From the human T2T-CHM13v2.0 reference genome, Homo sapiens, in the NCBI RefSeq assembly GCF_009914755.1, contig NC_060935.1: a stretch of DNA of 64,000 nucleotides; one strand, 5' to 3'. Every line of letters starts with the position of its first letter. The stretch's first letter is position 1. Below are positions 1 to 14,029 of this stretch, in pieces. The notes beneath the pieces were generated by a model. That model was not told the origin of the DNA and did not search any database. It saw nothing but the letters and a program-made list of their open reading frames with translations. The position numbers and the translations under genes are program-made.

Positions 1-695
<695 letters not shown>

Positions 696-1509
696 TCTTG
701 GAGGCTTTAACGCCTGCCCTGTGTGAGGGAGGGCGGAGCCCCTGGCCCAGGGGCGGGGAGGCCTGTCCACCCCTCCCACCCGTCCCCGAGGCCCCTGCTG
801 CCCAGCAAGACCACCACCCTCTGCTCCAGGACAGCGCAGCCGCCATCAGTGGGGGTGAGGGGACAAGGCTGCTGGGACCAGGCCTCGCCCAGGCAGAGCC
901 TCGCCATTTCTGGGGTGGGGGGTGCACAGGTGCATCTGGTCTGCCCAGCCCCTCCTCACCCTAGGCAGGCCTCTCACAGAGACAAGACGAGTGTCCTAGG
1001 GCAGATAGGGCCACATCCATGGGGTCACTTCAGTTTGTCCTCCCGGCGCCTTCTAAATATACTCTCTGTGGGTGTCTTATCACAGCCCAGGGAGCCAGGC
1101 TTGGTGTGGCCGGCCCTGGGAGCACAGAGCCCCGTTCCCAGCAGCCCTCGGCCCTGGGGGGCTTGTGCTCTGCCGGGCCACCTGCACCCTCCAGGCCCCA
1201 GGAGAAGCTCATGCCTTTCCTGCTTGCACCCCAGAGCCTGGCCACCCCTGTCCTCTGCTGAGGCCCTGACCACCTCTATGTGTGCCATGGCTGCAGTGAC
1301 AGCCCAGACCCCAGGGGCCGGGCATCCCACAGCTCTCCTCACTGAGCCCCTGGGCCTATCCACCCACGCCCAGGCCAGGGCTCCTGCTGGAATCTCCCTG
1401 TGGAAGGCCAGGCTGCCTGGATGCCCACCACTCCAGGCTTACTTCTGGGTTGTAGTTTTCGGGGTGCTTCGAGGTGCTGTGGGGACCTGTGATGCTGTCA
1501 GGGAGACCC

Positions 1510-1645
1510 GGAGTCCAGTTCTCGCCAACCGCTCGATGCTGTGTGACTTGAGGCAGGTCCCTTAACCTCTCTGAGCTTCCTCCTCTCCTGTGAACAAAGG
1601 ATGGGTCCACTTCTCAGGCTTCTCATGAAGTTTAGAGGCGACAGG
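1510..1645 (+). mobile_element. MIR fragment
   Basis: ctgtgtgacttgaggcaggtcccttaacctctctgagcttc resembles the MIR core. Confidence 0.65.
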
Positions 1646-4600
1646 AGGAAGTGGGCTTTAAATGGCTCAGTCCCAGCGTCCCCTCATGCCTGGGACCGCT
1701 GACCCACCGGGATTCTTGGGGGCCACCATAGAGCCTGTTTTTAAAGGGGATGTGGCGGCCAGCTCTGGGGGCACACGTTCCTGTTTGAATTCTCAATCTC
1801 CGGGCTCAAAATTGGCCCCCAGAAAGCCTTTGAGATGGACAGGGAGCTGGACATTCCCAATTCGGTTGCCCTTGCTTGATGTTTACATGCCACTGTTGGG
1901 TGCTCCTGATTGTGTAGCGGGTCCCCTGAAACCAACACACAGGTGCAGACACCCACATGCCATCCTGCCAGAGCCCTGGGTTCTCAGCAGGACTCTTTGC
2001 CGGGATCCTCATGCTACGGCCACCACCTGATTTTGTCGATAAAGTTTTATTAGGACACAGCCATGCCCTGCCGAATATTGCCACAGAGGCCACCTGCCCC
2101 ACCACGCCTAGGACATTTCCTCTCTGGCCCAGAGGTGTGCCAGGGCTGCACTGGGCTCTTCTGGTGGGGAGGGACATTGTTCTGGCCCCTCCTGATCTCT
2201 CCCCTACCTTGCCACGACCCCCCAGAGTTTGCCTGGTGTCACCGGGAAGCTTCCTGGCTGCCCGAGGGTCCCCCAGCACCTGTCCCTCTAGGGCCTCTGA
2301 AGGGCTTTGACGTGACACTCGGGATGGCATGGCAGGGCCCTCAAGCACGGCTGTGTTCGCCCCCCAGGCTGCTCCTGGAAAGGAGGGATCAGGGCCCAGG
2401 CTCCACGCTCCGCACTGAGGTGTGGTTGAGGGCCCTGGGCGTCCGGGTGAGATGGGAATGAGCCCTTGGTAGGTGCCAGGCGGGGCCAGCCCTCATCCCC
2501 ACTGCAAGGCCTGAGCGTCCAGGAGCCCCGTGCGCAGCTGGACCCATCAGTCCCCACCCTGCAGGGCCGTTGAAGAGGGAATGCACACCTGTCACCTCTT
2601 GGTGCGGGGGCATCCAGGTTCCTGGCGATGGGGATGGGGTGAGATGCACCTGATGGACCTCCAGGTGGGAAGCTCCTGGGACACCCTGGAGGGTTCTGGT
2701 GGGAGACATGGCATTCTGTCTGCACCGAAGGGGGCTCAGGGCTGAGAAGCCCTGGGACGGGTTGGATTTGGGGCGCGTTCCCCAGGGCCCCACGCGTGTT
2801 GAGTCCCCGCTGCGTCACTGTCTGGCCTGTGGCGCCTCACCTCTCTGTCTGGCAGGACTCAGGCAGAATGGAAGTAAAGGCAGGACCTTGTCCCAGGACA
2901 TCCAGGCATGTGGCGTGGCAACCAGGTGGGATGGCAGGGTTTCCCCCTGGCAGGATCCCCACCTCCTGCACCTGTCCTGACTTGGTCTTCTGGGGCAGCC
3001 CCTAAGACGCTTCTTCAGGGAAGAGGGACCGGTTTGGCCAGTGGGACCATGGCCCTGGGAGCATATGCCTGCACGTCCTGCCTGCTCACACCTGCCTGCT
3101 GGGGGGGCCATGCCTGCGCCCGCAGCTCACGTCAGAGCCCACCCCAGGAGGCTCCCAGCGATCTGTCAACCTGTGCTGTTGGCATGCAGCCTGGGGGTGA
3201 GGGGTGGCAGAACGCTGCCTCAGTACCACGTCCTGCTCAAAGGCCACTTGCGAGCTAGGCTGAGCCTGTGGTGTGCGGTGGGATAGGAAGGAAAAGAACA
3301 GAGTCTAAGGAGCCTAACTCACTTCCAGATTCACCCGGAGGCCTGCATGGAGGAGGCGGCACTGAGACTTCATTCACCGAGCTTGAGGGTTTACCCTAAC
3401 ATTCATTCACACCATCAGTCATTCAGCAAACACTTCACAAACGTGCATCCCACGCCTGGCACTGGGCCTTCGGAGGGAGGGAATGCAGCTGGTGGGCCCC
3501 TGCCTGGGGAGCCCCTGCTCTGGTCGGGGAGGCAGTGGTGGCAGTGGCTGCCTGGCGGTCCATGAACTGGTGCAAGCCAGAGCCGGAGGCCTCCTGAGAG
3601 CCTGGCAGGGAAGCCCAGGCCAGGGCCTCCGCAGAAGGAGGGTTTGGGGTCCAGGCTTCATGTGGGGGGTCTTGTAACATGGGAGGGTAGACGCTGCCTT
3701 GGGACAGGAGAGACAGAGGCGGGGAGACCAGGGGAGTGGGCTGCAGTTGGGGTGCAGGCCTGGTGGCCCCGGCAGGGGGACCAGCCTCTGGGGAGGTGCT
3801 GCAGGCACAGGAGTTCTGTGTGGGCCCAGCCGAAAGCTGGCAGGAAGGGACCTGTTTCTTGGGGTTCCCAGTCCAGATCTGTGTTGGAAAAAGTGTCAGC
3901 TGAAACCCCAAGAGGCTGGGGACAGCCTTGGTCCTGCTGTGGGACACAGGTTTAATCTCCAGATGGCTCCTGGATAGGCGGGCTGGCGGCTGTGTCTAAC
4001 GGGGACAGCACACTTGGGGCTTCGGGAGACAATGAGGGCAGAAATCTTACCCACCGGCCACACCAAGTCACCCATTGTTGTGTCCCTTGGGCTGGGATCC
4101 CATGGCTTTCAAGAACTTTTTAAAGAAATGAGACTCAGCTGCCGCGGAACAAGCCACAGGTAAAGAGTATAAGACAGCGTGAGGCATGGGGTGGCCACGG
4201 GAGCCCTGGGCCAAGGAGGCCCAGTCTGGTGGGGAGGCGTCCATTCACCCGGAGCTGGACGGGGAGGACCAGGCTGTGGGTCTGTGAAGCGGGTGTGGGA
4301 TCACATCCACGCTCCTTCTGTGGTTTGTGCCCTGTTGTGGCTGCCAGGGGAGGGGCTTCCAAGGCCCTGCCAACCAGCTGGGCAGTGTGGACAATGGCAG
4401 ACAGGGTGCTGTGTGGGGGCCTGAGGGGCAATGGTTGGGGGGCAGCTGTTGCCGTTCTGGTGAGAAGTGGCGGTCCCTGAAGGGCTGGGGTGCTAGGGAG
4501 CCTCATGGACCTACTCCCGACGTGGCAGCTGCCTGCTGCAGATGGGCCAGCCATGTCCCGCCTGTGCCGGGAATCACCACCCCCAGCTCCCTTCTCTCCA

Positions 4601-4789
4601 ACATGACAGGGTTCGGGTGATGCCCTGTGGGCTGAATGGTGAGAGAGGCGTCCCTGTGCTGACACCAGTGGGCGTGGACGTGACCCTCTTTTTAAAAGAA
4701 TTTTTTCAGATGCAATTCCATTAAGGATCTGGAGGTGAGAGGATGAAAAGGAAACTCTGAGCTTTGAGTACATTTTTAATTATGTTTTA

Positions 4790-4991
<202 letters not shown>

Positions 4992-5094
4992 TAATATATG
5001 TTTTTGACCAATACCTAATTCTGTTGTTTAAGAATTCAAAATCTACCAATAGTGATCATAAGTAATGTATTAAATACTTACATAGTACAGCAGG

Positions 5095-5440
5095 TGTTGC
5101 CCCCCCCCAACATTGGTTTCCATCCCTGGAAGCTGCAAATGTGACCTGACATAGAAAACACCCCTTTGCAGCTGAGGCTGAGGGTCCCGAGAGGCGTGAT
5201 TGCATTATCCAGGGGGCCCAAGTCCAGTGACACGTGTCCTCCTAAAAGACAGGACAGACTCAACAGAGGAGGATCCGGCCACATGCTGCACAGCACGGGA
5301 GTGATGCCGCCACCCACCCAGGACGCGGGAGCCCGCAGAGGCTGGAAGGCTGAAAAGGGCCCTGTCGCCCCCACCCCCCAGGATGACGTATGGCCTGATG
5401 TGGCATTCCTGCCTCAGGACCATGGCACCAAGTGGTGGCG
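5095..5440 (+). mobile_element. MLT1-type ERVL-MaLR LTR fragment
   Basis: ccctggaagctgcaaatgtgacc...ttatccagggggcccaagtccagtgacacgtgtcctcctaaaagacag resembles MLT1C. Confidence 0.7.
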
Positions 5441-5814
5441 CTGGGGCCCCTGGAGTCGGCCAGTCTGGGCACGTCCCATGCTGTGTCTGAGCCTCAGTGT
5501 CCCCATCGATTGGTAGTGCCTCCTGAACCCCAATCCAGGGGGCTTCTGGGGGGCAGCCTGGGACCAGACGTGCCTCACCAGGGCTTCTGTCTCCTCACCA
5601 GGACTTCCATGATGTGACACCTTCCACATGGGGTTCAGAGCGGGGAACCTGTGCCTAGTGTCCAGCCCAGCGTGGGGCCCTCGGTGTGGGCCAGGGCTCA
5701 CCCCTTTGGGAGGGGTCGGGAGATGCCTGGCCCAGGCTTCATCCATGCAGAGCCAGGAAGCAGGTGAACCTGTGGGGACCTTGGCGACCTCCAAACCCTG
5801 CTGAGGCTGCCTGC

Positions 5815-5862
5815 TGACAGCCACTGGTGAGGGGGGTGACAGCCACTGGTGAGGGGGGTGAC
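5815..5862. repeat. 22-bp tandem duplication (TGACAGCCACTGGTGAGGGGGG x2)
   Basis: Two exact adjacent copies. Confidence 0.9.
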
Positions 5863-6379
5863 CAGCTGGTAGCTTTTTCTGAGGTGCAGATTCAGCCCTG
5901 GGGAACAGCCCTGGCAGGCTGTGAGACCTCTGCCCCTGGGCGTCCACATCCCAGGGCTCTGAGCTCAGCAGCCCTGGAGCCGGCAGCCACATCAGGGATG
6001 GAGGGAGACCTGCTGGTGACCAGTGAGTGAGCAGGGGAAGCCTGTCCTCTCCAGCGCCCAGTGTTTCCTTCCTGGGGCACATGGGATTTGGAGGCATTTG
6101 GAGTCTCCCAGGATGACTTTTTTTTTTAAGCCCCTAGAAGTGGTTTGGGGTTTAAGCGTCAATATTTAATCTCTTGAAGTTACACATTCAAGGCCCTATC
6201 CTGCCTTCGGCTTTAGGTTCGCTTCACAAACCCATTGTCTGCTTATCAGCCTGGCGAGGTCCCGTCCCCAGTAGGGGTCTTTGAACATTGCTCGATCTCA
6301 TTCACCAGCCACGGGGAACATTTTGAACCCTCTGATGCTTGCTCTATGAATGTTGTTTGCTGTTTGCTTTAAAAAAAGT

Positions 6380-6590
6380 TTTTTTTTTATTGTGATAAAA
6401 TACACATAACACACAATTTACTGTCTTAACTCTGTGTCAGGTCACGGCCCAGTGGCAATAGGTACATTTACATGGTTGTGCAACCGTCACCACCATCCAC
6501 CCCAAAACTTCTCTCCCAAACTGAAATTCTGCACCCATGAAATCCCACTCCCTCTCCCCGGCCCCGCCATCCTGCTCTCCGCAACCGTGG
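6380..6590 (-). mobile_element. L1MB-like 3' end fragment
   Basis: ttattgtgataaaatacacataac...ggttgtgcaaccgtcaccaccatcca. Confidence 0.75.
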
Positions 6591-6809
6591 ATCCGTCCTC
6601 CCCATGTCCACAGATCCCCTCTCCCTCGGCCCCGCTGTCCGCTTCCCTGCGACGGTGGATTTCGCTGCTCTGGGCCTTTGCGCTTCTGTGACTGGCACTG
6701 TGTGTGGTCCGGTGTCCTCAAGGTGCCTCTCTGCTCATGTCCTTCCATGCATGATGCTTTCAGACTGACAAAACTCTTCAAGTATTAACGTAATTTTTAA
6801 TGTTTACAG

Positions 6810-6901
6810 ATTCAAGAAATTAAGCATACGGTCACGAGAGTGCAAAGTTCTGTGAAACGCTCCAGTGGTTACACGCCCCGGGGTTTCAGCTTCGACCCTG
6901 G
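6810..6901 (+). other. KCNQ1: Candidate 92-nt alternative (poison) cassette exon in intron 1
   Basis: Branch-like TATTAAC at 6783-6789, tttttaatgtttacag| acceptor, TGG|gtgagt donor, in-frame TGA at 6853-6855. Confidence 0.6.
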
Positions 6902-7886
6902 GTGAGTTCCATGGTGCAGTGGCTTCCAGCTGGAGTTCTAAGGGCACCCCTTGAGCTGCCCACGTGTCTTTGCACGTGAAGTAGGTGGCTCTCTTTAAGG
7001 TTCCTCAACTTTATTGGGAAACATCTCAGGGTTACAAAACGCCCCCCATGGGCTAAAGAGGCTGTCACTCACTGTGTGTGGGGCCTGTCCCCGAGTGGGC
7101 ATGGAAGGCCAGAGTCCCGGCACAGCCCCCACCCGGACTGGATTTGCTTGGCGGGTCACCTGGATCAACCAGGCCCATTTAGGAGCACCACTCAGGGGCC
7201 CTAGTGTGTGCGGCAGGGCAGGTCATGGAGTCTCCAGCCTTCAGCTCGCGTTAGCCCCAGGCCATCTGAGCCGTGGAGCCCACCCAGGCCCGCTGCCTGC
7301 ACCCCGGGGGAGCCCTCCCACAGCGTCTCGGGCTATGACCCTGGCAGGGTTCCTGCATTCTCCTGTGTTCCCGGGCACCCGGGGCTGAGATGTTGAAATG
7401 ATGTCGGATAATTCACCGGGTGCCTTCGGGGCTGGTACTCGCCGTCACTGCTCCTGAGGCCTATTTGCTGTCAAGGGGAACAAGTAGGAGGTTGTTTTCT
7501 GGGGTGCGGTGGGCTCCCCGCTCATGCAGCTCCCCGCCCCCCGCATGACCACGCCCTCTTGGGAGCTCGGGTGGGACAGCATTCAGGGGACCACATGAGC
7601 TGGGGGGGGGTCGGTGTCTTCTCTCCCCCACCCCTTCGCTAGCCTGTCCTGCTTCCCACTCCGAGTCCAAAACACGCATAGGATTCGTCCTCTCCCAGGG
7701 CCTTAGTTTCCCGGCTCTGCAGAGTGGGGGGCTGTGACTGCCTGGCCTTGGAGCTGAGGCAGAGGGGGTGGTAGGTGGCCCTGCAGAGGCAGGAGGGGAC
7801 ACAGGCACCCCAGGCCCTGAGTGCCTCAAGGGCAGGGACCCCAGCTCGGCACCTGTGAGGTTCCCAGCTCCGCCCGAGACAAGAAT

Positions 7887-7934
7887 AGATAAAGCGGTAA
7901 ATAAGATAAAACTCTTTTTATCTGGAGTAGATAA
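7887..7934. promoter_or_regulatory. GATA motif cluster (candidate enhancer core)
   Basis: AGATAA at 7887, 7904 and 7929 and TTATCT at 7918, in an AT-rich island within GC-rich DNA. Confidence 0.55.
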
Positions 7935-8512
7935 AAGTAAGCTTTGTCATATAATTCCTTCTGAGGCTAGCACGGTATATCAAAATATCGGAAGAATCAT
8001 TTAGCCTTCAGAATATGGCAAGGCTGACAGCCAGCCTGGCCCATGGGCACCTGTCCCCACCATCTGCCTGGCCTGCGGGGGAACGTTCCTCAGCCCCTGC
8101 TGGCTCCCAACCCCCGGGCCTGGAGCCCTGTCTTCTGCCTCAGCCGCGATTCCACTGCACGGGACTTTCCCAGGCACCTCTGCCCAGGTAGTTGGGGTGG
8201 ACGCCCACTTGGGTGCACACTCTGTGGGGGCTGGTCCAGGACCACCCACGTGCAGTCTTCCCTGGCCACATCCTGTATTCTCCCGCAACGCCCAGTCAAG
8301 AATCTTCCTGCTGCAGTAACTCCACATATCTGAGCCAGCTGTGTCTCCTGAGCACAGGACATGGGCAGGAGAGGCCCCTGCAGCTGGAATCCGCGCCATG
8401 AAGCCCAGGCGCGTGGTATTTGCAGCCAGTCACCAAGTTTCCAAGCCCTCACCTGCGGCCTGTGAGTGCCCACCCTGCACATGGTGCTAACCAGCATCCA
8501 TCACTGCTTTCT

Positions 8513-8830
<318 letters not shown>

Positions 8831-9294
8831 CCACCACTGCTTTCTATGCTGTGGCCGAGGTCACCAACTGCCACTGTGATGGACGGCTGTCACCCAAACA
8901 GCACGAGAATCGAAAAGCCGTGATGGCAGATGCAGAAGGCAGCGTCGCCTGTGGTCTTTTAGAAGGGCAGCTGTGAAGTGGGGTTATCTCAGCTTCCACA
9001 TTGCATCACGGTGCCCCTGTGAAGGGCAGAGGAGCTGCAGGTAATTCTGTTCGCTCGCCTCTGCCTTGGAGGAAGTTTACAGTTTTTTTTTTTTTTTTTT
9101 TTTGAAAGTTTAAAGCTTTCAACCTGGGCCTGGAGGCTGCAGGGTCAGCAGACCTGGGTCCTGCCCATGGCCCCCTTCCCTCCTCAGGCCTCCATTTGCT
9201 CATCTGAGAGTGGGGGGAGTGCAGCGCCTTCCGTGCAGGTCACTGAGAGGCTGGGGCAGTGGCGTGGATTCGGGTGCATGACTCGCAGACATGG

Positions 9295-9520
9295 CTGTCG
9301 CTTGGCTGAACGGTGGCCCCTGAGGTGTCTGTGTCCTTGTCCTGTGAACAAGTTAGGTTGTGTGGCCAAAGGGGCTTTGCAGGGTGACTGAGGGATGGCT
9401 CGTGAGAGGGGAGGTTGTCCTGGGTTACCCGGGTGAGCCCTCACTGTGATTGTGAGGATTCTTCTAAGAGAAGCAGGAGGATCTGAGTTGGAGGAAGAGA
9501 CGGGAGGATGGAAGCCAGGC
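9295..9520 (+). mobile_element. MLT1D-like LTR fragment
   Basis: ggccaaaggggctttgcag...cctgggttacccgggtgagccc...ttcttctaagagaagcaggagg. Confidence 0.65.
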
Positions 9521-12500
9521 TCGGCGACGGGAAAGCTGCTGTGCCACCCTCACCGCAGCCCTATCCCTGCTCACGTGCACCAAGACCAGAGCCTGGCAAG
9601 TCGTCTCATACCGAGGGTCAAAGGGGCCCAGGGCCCAGCCTCCAGGGACCCCAGCCATGCCGGGTCAGGGAACCAGGCTGCAGTCCTGTGTCTCCTCCTC
9701 AGTTTACCCCAATTGTGACCTCAGAAGCCCTTGGAGCCTCAGTTTCCCTACTTGTAGCATGTGTTTGATGATAGTGTGGCAGTGATGTCACAGTCTGGCA
9801 GGGTCTCGTGGGGGTCTGTGTTACTGTCTGCAAAGCACTGGCTGGGCCAGTGGTCAGTGAGCAGGGGCGTGGGTAGCGGGCAGTGGCCTGCAGTCCCCAG
9901 GAGCACTTCCTGTTGCTGAACAGACAGCAACTTAGTGGATCCTTCCCAGGGCCCCTGGTGGGTGGTGGGTTTTGCCACATCTTTGCAGTAGACAGCACTG
10001 GCAGCTTCCGGCTTATCCAAGGCCTCAGGGTGAAGTCGACGCTCGCTGCTGATTCCCTGCTGGACGTCAGGTGACACTTCCCTCCACAGCCTGGGAAGAA
10101 GCACCTGTGGGCCACTTCTTTGTGTTGATAAGGAAACTGAGGCAGGGGAGCTGCCTGGGTCACCAGTGGGCACTGCATCTCCATGTGCAGATGGTGCCCT
10201 GGCCCTCTCTGCACGCCGTGGGCCTGGGGAGCAGGCAGGTGGCATCTTCTGCCCCGGGCAGCCCGGCTCTGCTTCCTCGTGGCTGAGCCAGGCTGTGTCT
10301 AATCTCACTTCCCTGCTCACTGCAAATCAAAACAAACAGACGTCCAGGAGGATTAAGTGTGGCAGTCATGGCGGAGGGAGCCCTGGTAGGGTGGAGAGAG
10401 CCAACAGTTGCACCAGCAAGGGGCAGAGACCCAGCCCAGCCCTGGGGGCTGCAGGGTGTGGGGACAGGGCCTGCAGCTTGGCACAAAGACTCTTCTAAGA
10501 ACCTGGAGGGAACCCTGCTCCGGCAGTGGGCAGCATGCTGTGTGCAAGGTGAGCCAGTCTGAGCCCATTCCCAGTGCCCGGAATGGTGCCCAGTGCAGAT
10601 GGGCACTCACCCTTCCAACCAACCTTTGCTTGTGTCCCCGTGAGATCCACAGATTCACCCTACGGAGGGCTCCCCACAGGGTTGGCCCGGAGGCTCCAGC
10701 TGTGTCTGTTGAACAAATTACTCTGCATCCACCGCGTGCTAGCGCTGTGCGGATTATAGTCCCAGAGACAGATGAGAGCAGGGGTGGTCAGTGTAGGAGC
10801 ACCCAGAGGGAGCCTGGCAGGGCCTGGACATCCTGTCCAAGCTGGCCAGGAGGAGTCCTCAGAGCCAAAGCAGTGTGGAGGGTGGGGGTGCAGAGAGCGT
10901 CCCTGGCTGGAAGCACCGCGTTTGCAAATGCCAGGCAGCTTATGCAGCCAGCGCTTTGGGCAGGCGGGAGTCAGGGGGACTGAGGCCCAAGGAGGGGTAG
11001 GGCTGCATGCCAGCCTTCCAGGTGCTCCTGGGAACCACGTGGCTGATCAGACTTGTGCTTTGGGTCGAATGTCCCAGTGGGGGAGTAACCTCAGGGAGCA
11101 GAGGAAGGGTCATGGTGGTGGGGATGAAGCAGCAGCATTGGGGCTTAGAGATTAAATGAAGGAAGTCCCACGGGGCTGATCACCTACTGTGCACCAGGCT
11201 GCGTCCCGGGCATGGACTGCAGCCCACAGCCCCACTCTTGGGGTGCTCATGGTCTAGGGGGTGGACAACAGACTCTGGTCCCAGCGATGATGCTTGAGTA
11301 TAAAGGACACAGTTGGGGTGTTGTGGGGGCCAGGGTCAGACATCAGAGCTGGCCTCTGCCTATGAGACAGGGCCCGCTGGCAGGACCCTCAAGCTGGGCT
11401 TTTAGGCTGGGCAGCAGCAGGTGCACGGGCCCTGAGGTGGGCCGGGCTGGGCACAGTCAGGACTGGCAACAAGGGCCGGGAGGAGCTGGGGTGATCTGGG
11501 GCCATCGTGGTGTAAATACTGGGGCACGACATGGAGGGTTCACTGACTGGCTGGGTGTGTGGGCTGGGGGCGCCGAGGGTGGAGGTGGGCACTGTGGTCA
11601 GGGGGAGATGAGGATGGATGGGCAGGGTGCAGACAGGGGCTGGCTGGGTTCGGCTCTGCAGGTAGAGCTGACCAGTGTGGCAGGGACAGGGTGTCGGTGA
11701 GGCAGGTGGCTGAGGAAATGGTAGCTGCAGGTTTTGGCCCCAGTCCCAGCAGCGGGACTATGGCTGTGGGGAGGGAGGAACCCAGGGAGGGGGCCTGAGC
11801 AGGGTCTTTGGCTGAGTGAGCCCTCAAGGGCCTTTGGGTAGGGCTACCAGAGGCCAGGAAAGGATTGTCCTGTCCACAGGAGCTTGGGGAAGGGGGTGGG
11901 GGGCCAGAGCCCCACCTTCCCCAGAAACCTCCGTGCAGCAGGAGGATGAGCCGAGGCAGGCTGTGCTGGGAGGTAGCCTGTTTGTTGTGGGCTCTGGGGG
12001 CCTGGGGAGGGTGGGCTGGGCTGTCCACATCTGGACAGGTGGAAGAGGATGGGTTCTGGGTGGGGCTGACTTCAGGAGGCTGGATGAGAGGCAATGCAGG
12101 GGGCCTTCTGGCTGTCCTGGGGTGGGTTAGAAGCCACTCAGGATGGCAGGATCTCAGGGAGCGGAGGGAGCCTGGGGCACCCTATGCCAGGCAGAGGATC
12201 TATGCCGGGGCCCCCAGGGTCTGTGTGTGGCTTTCTCTGTTTGTGTCTCCCCTGGCCCTGGGGGCCATGTGGCCATCTCCTGGCTCTCCGGTCGCTGAGG
12301 ATCCACGGGGGTCCCTGGAGTCTCCGGAGCCCGTGGGAATCCCCCTAGAGGCGGGAGGAAGGCCGGGCGGGCCCTGGAGGGTACGTTTGCAGTGGCAGCA
12401 GCTCCCTATCTTTATGGTTCCGGCGATCAGAGAAGGCGGCCCGTCTTTTCTCTGCGGGCCCACAGGCCCAGAACGTTGGCCCCAGGGTGGGGCTCTGTGC

Positions 12501-12734
12501 GCCTTCCCTTTCATGAGTTCTGTGGCTCGGCCTCGGGGCCTTGGAAAGGAGGAAGTGAAACTGGAGGAGAGCGGCCCACAGCCTGCCGCCTGGAGGCTCC
12601 TCTGGGAAGCAGACGCTTGGTGCAGGTGTCAGGACCCCCACCTGGCGGGCTGGCTTCTGTGCTGTGACCACCAACACCCCTGCCCTGGGCCCTGAACTCC
12701 TGGACAGGGGGCGTTGACTGCTCTCTGGAAGTGA

Positions 12735-13140
12735 TTTGTAAAATCAGCTTTGTAGAGACGTAATTACACACTGCAGTTCATTTGTGGCTCTAGGGCCCTA
12801 AGTGGCTCTAGAATGTTCAGAGTTGTGTAGCCACCACCACCATCCACATCCAGAACGTTTAATTACCCCAAAAGAAAACCCCACGCCCACAGCAGTCCCG
12901 CCCTGGGGCAGCCACCAGCCTGCTTTCTGTTTCTGTGGCTCTGGCTGTCCAGGGCGTAGCCACACTGCAGGTGGTCAGCAGGTGGTCACCTGTCTGTGTC
13001 TGGCCTTGGCGCCATGTTTCTCGGACCCATCCACGTGGCAGCATGTGTTGGTGCTTCGTCCCTTCCCGTGGCGGGACGGCATCCCTCGTGCGGACCTACC
13101 TCTAGTGTGTGCTTACCAGCTAATGGATGACTGGGTTTTC
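12735..13140 (-). mobile_element. L1MB/L1ME-like 3' end fragment, about 120 bp upstream of exon 2
   Basis: cagctttgtagagacgtaatt...ccagaacgtttaattaccccaaaagaaaacccc...catccacgtggcagcatgtg. Confidence 0.75.
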
Positions 13141-13176
13141 GAAGCACTGTCTGTTCCTACCTGGGGGCGGGGCTGA

Positions 13177-13362
<186 letters not shown>

Positions 13363-14029
13363 TGAGGGCATGGCTGGATGTCATGGCTGCCTTGGAAGCT
13401 GGCATCTCCCTGGCGCTGGGCCCCATAAGGTGGGGGGCAGAGCCACTCCCAGCCCCTTGCCCACACATTGGTCCTGCCCTGATACAGGGGGCACCTCCCC
13501 AGCCCCCACACTTGCCAAGTGACTTGGGATGTATGTGCCACAGGCGAGGGGGACCAAGGACTGAGGGGAACCTGGAGCTGGTGGTCTGAAAGGGCTTCCT
13601 GGAGGAGGGGCTTCCAGGCTGGGCTGGAAGGAAGGAAGGAGGAGGTAGGGTAGAGCTGGTGTGGCCAGCAAAGGCCTGCCCGAGCCTTCGTGTCCCTGGG
13701 GTCTGGGTGACTCTGTTCCTGGGTTATGGCTGGCACACAGGCCCTGCTGGTGTCCCAGCAGCAGCCCCCACCCCAGGCACCTGGATGGTCCCTTCCATTG
13801 GCCTGAGCGGTGTCTGTGCCATTTCTGCCAGGCAGGTGCTGAGAGCAGGGCAGGGCAGGCTCATAGCCTGGTGGGAAACCCCAAAGTTGATCTGGCCGTG
13901 AGGCTGCCTGGAAGGTGGGGTGCAGGGGGCCAGCTGTGTCTGGAGCCCACGGGGTCCCCACGGAAGCCACCTGAATGTGGGCCGTGAGCAGCAGGACTCT
14001 GGCAGGACTGGGTCTAGCACCTCTCCGTG

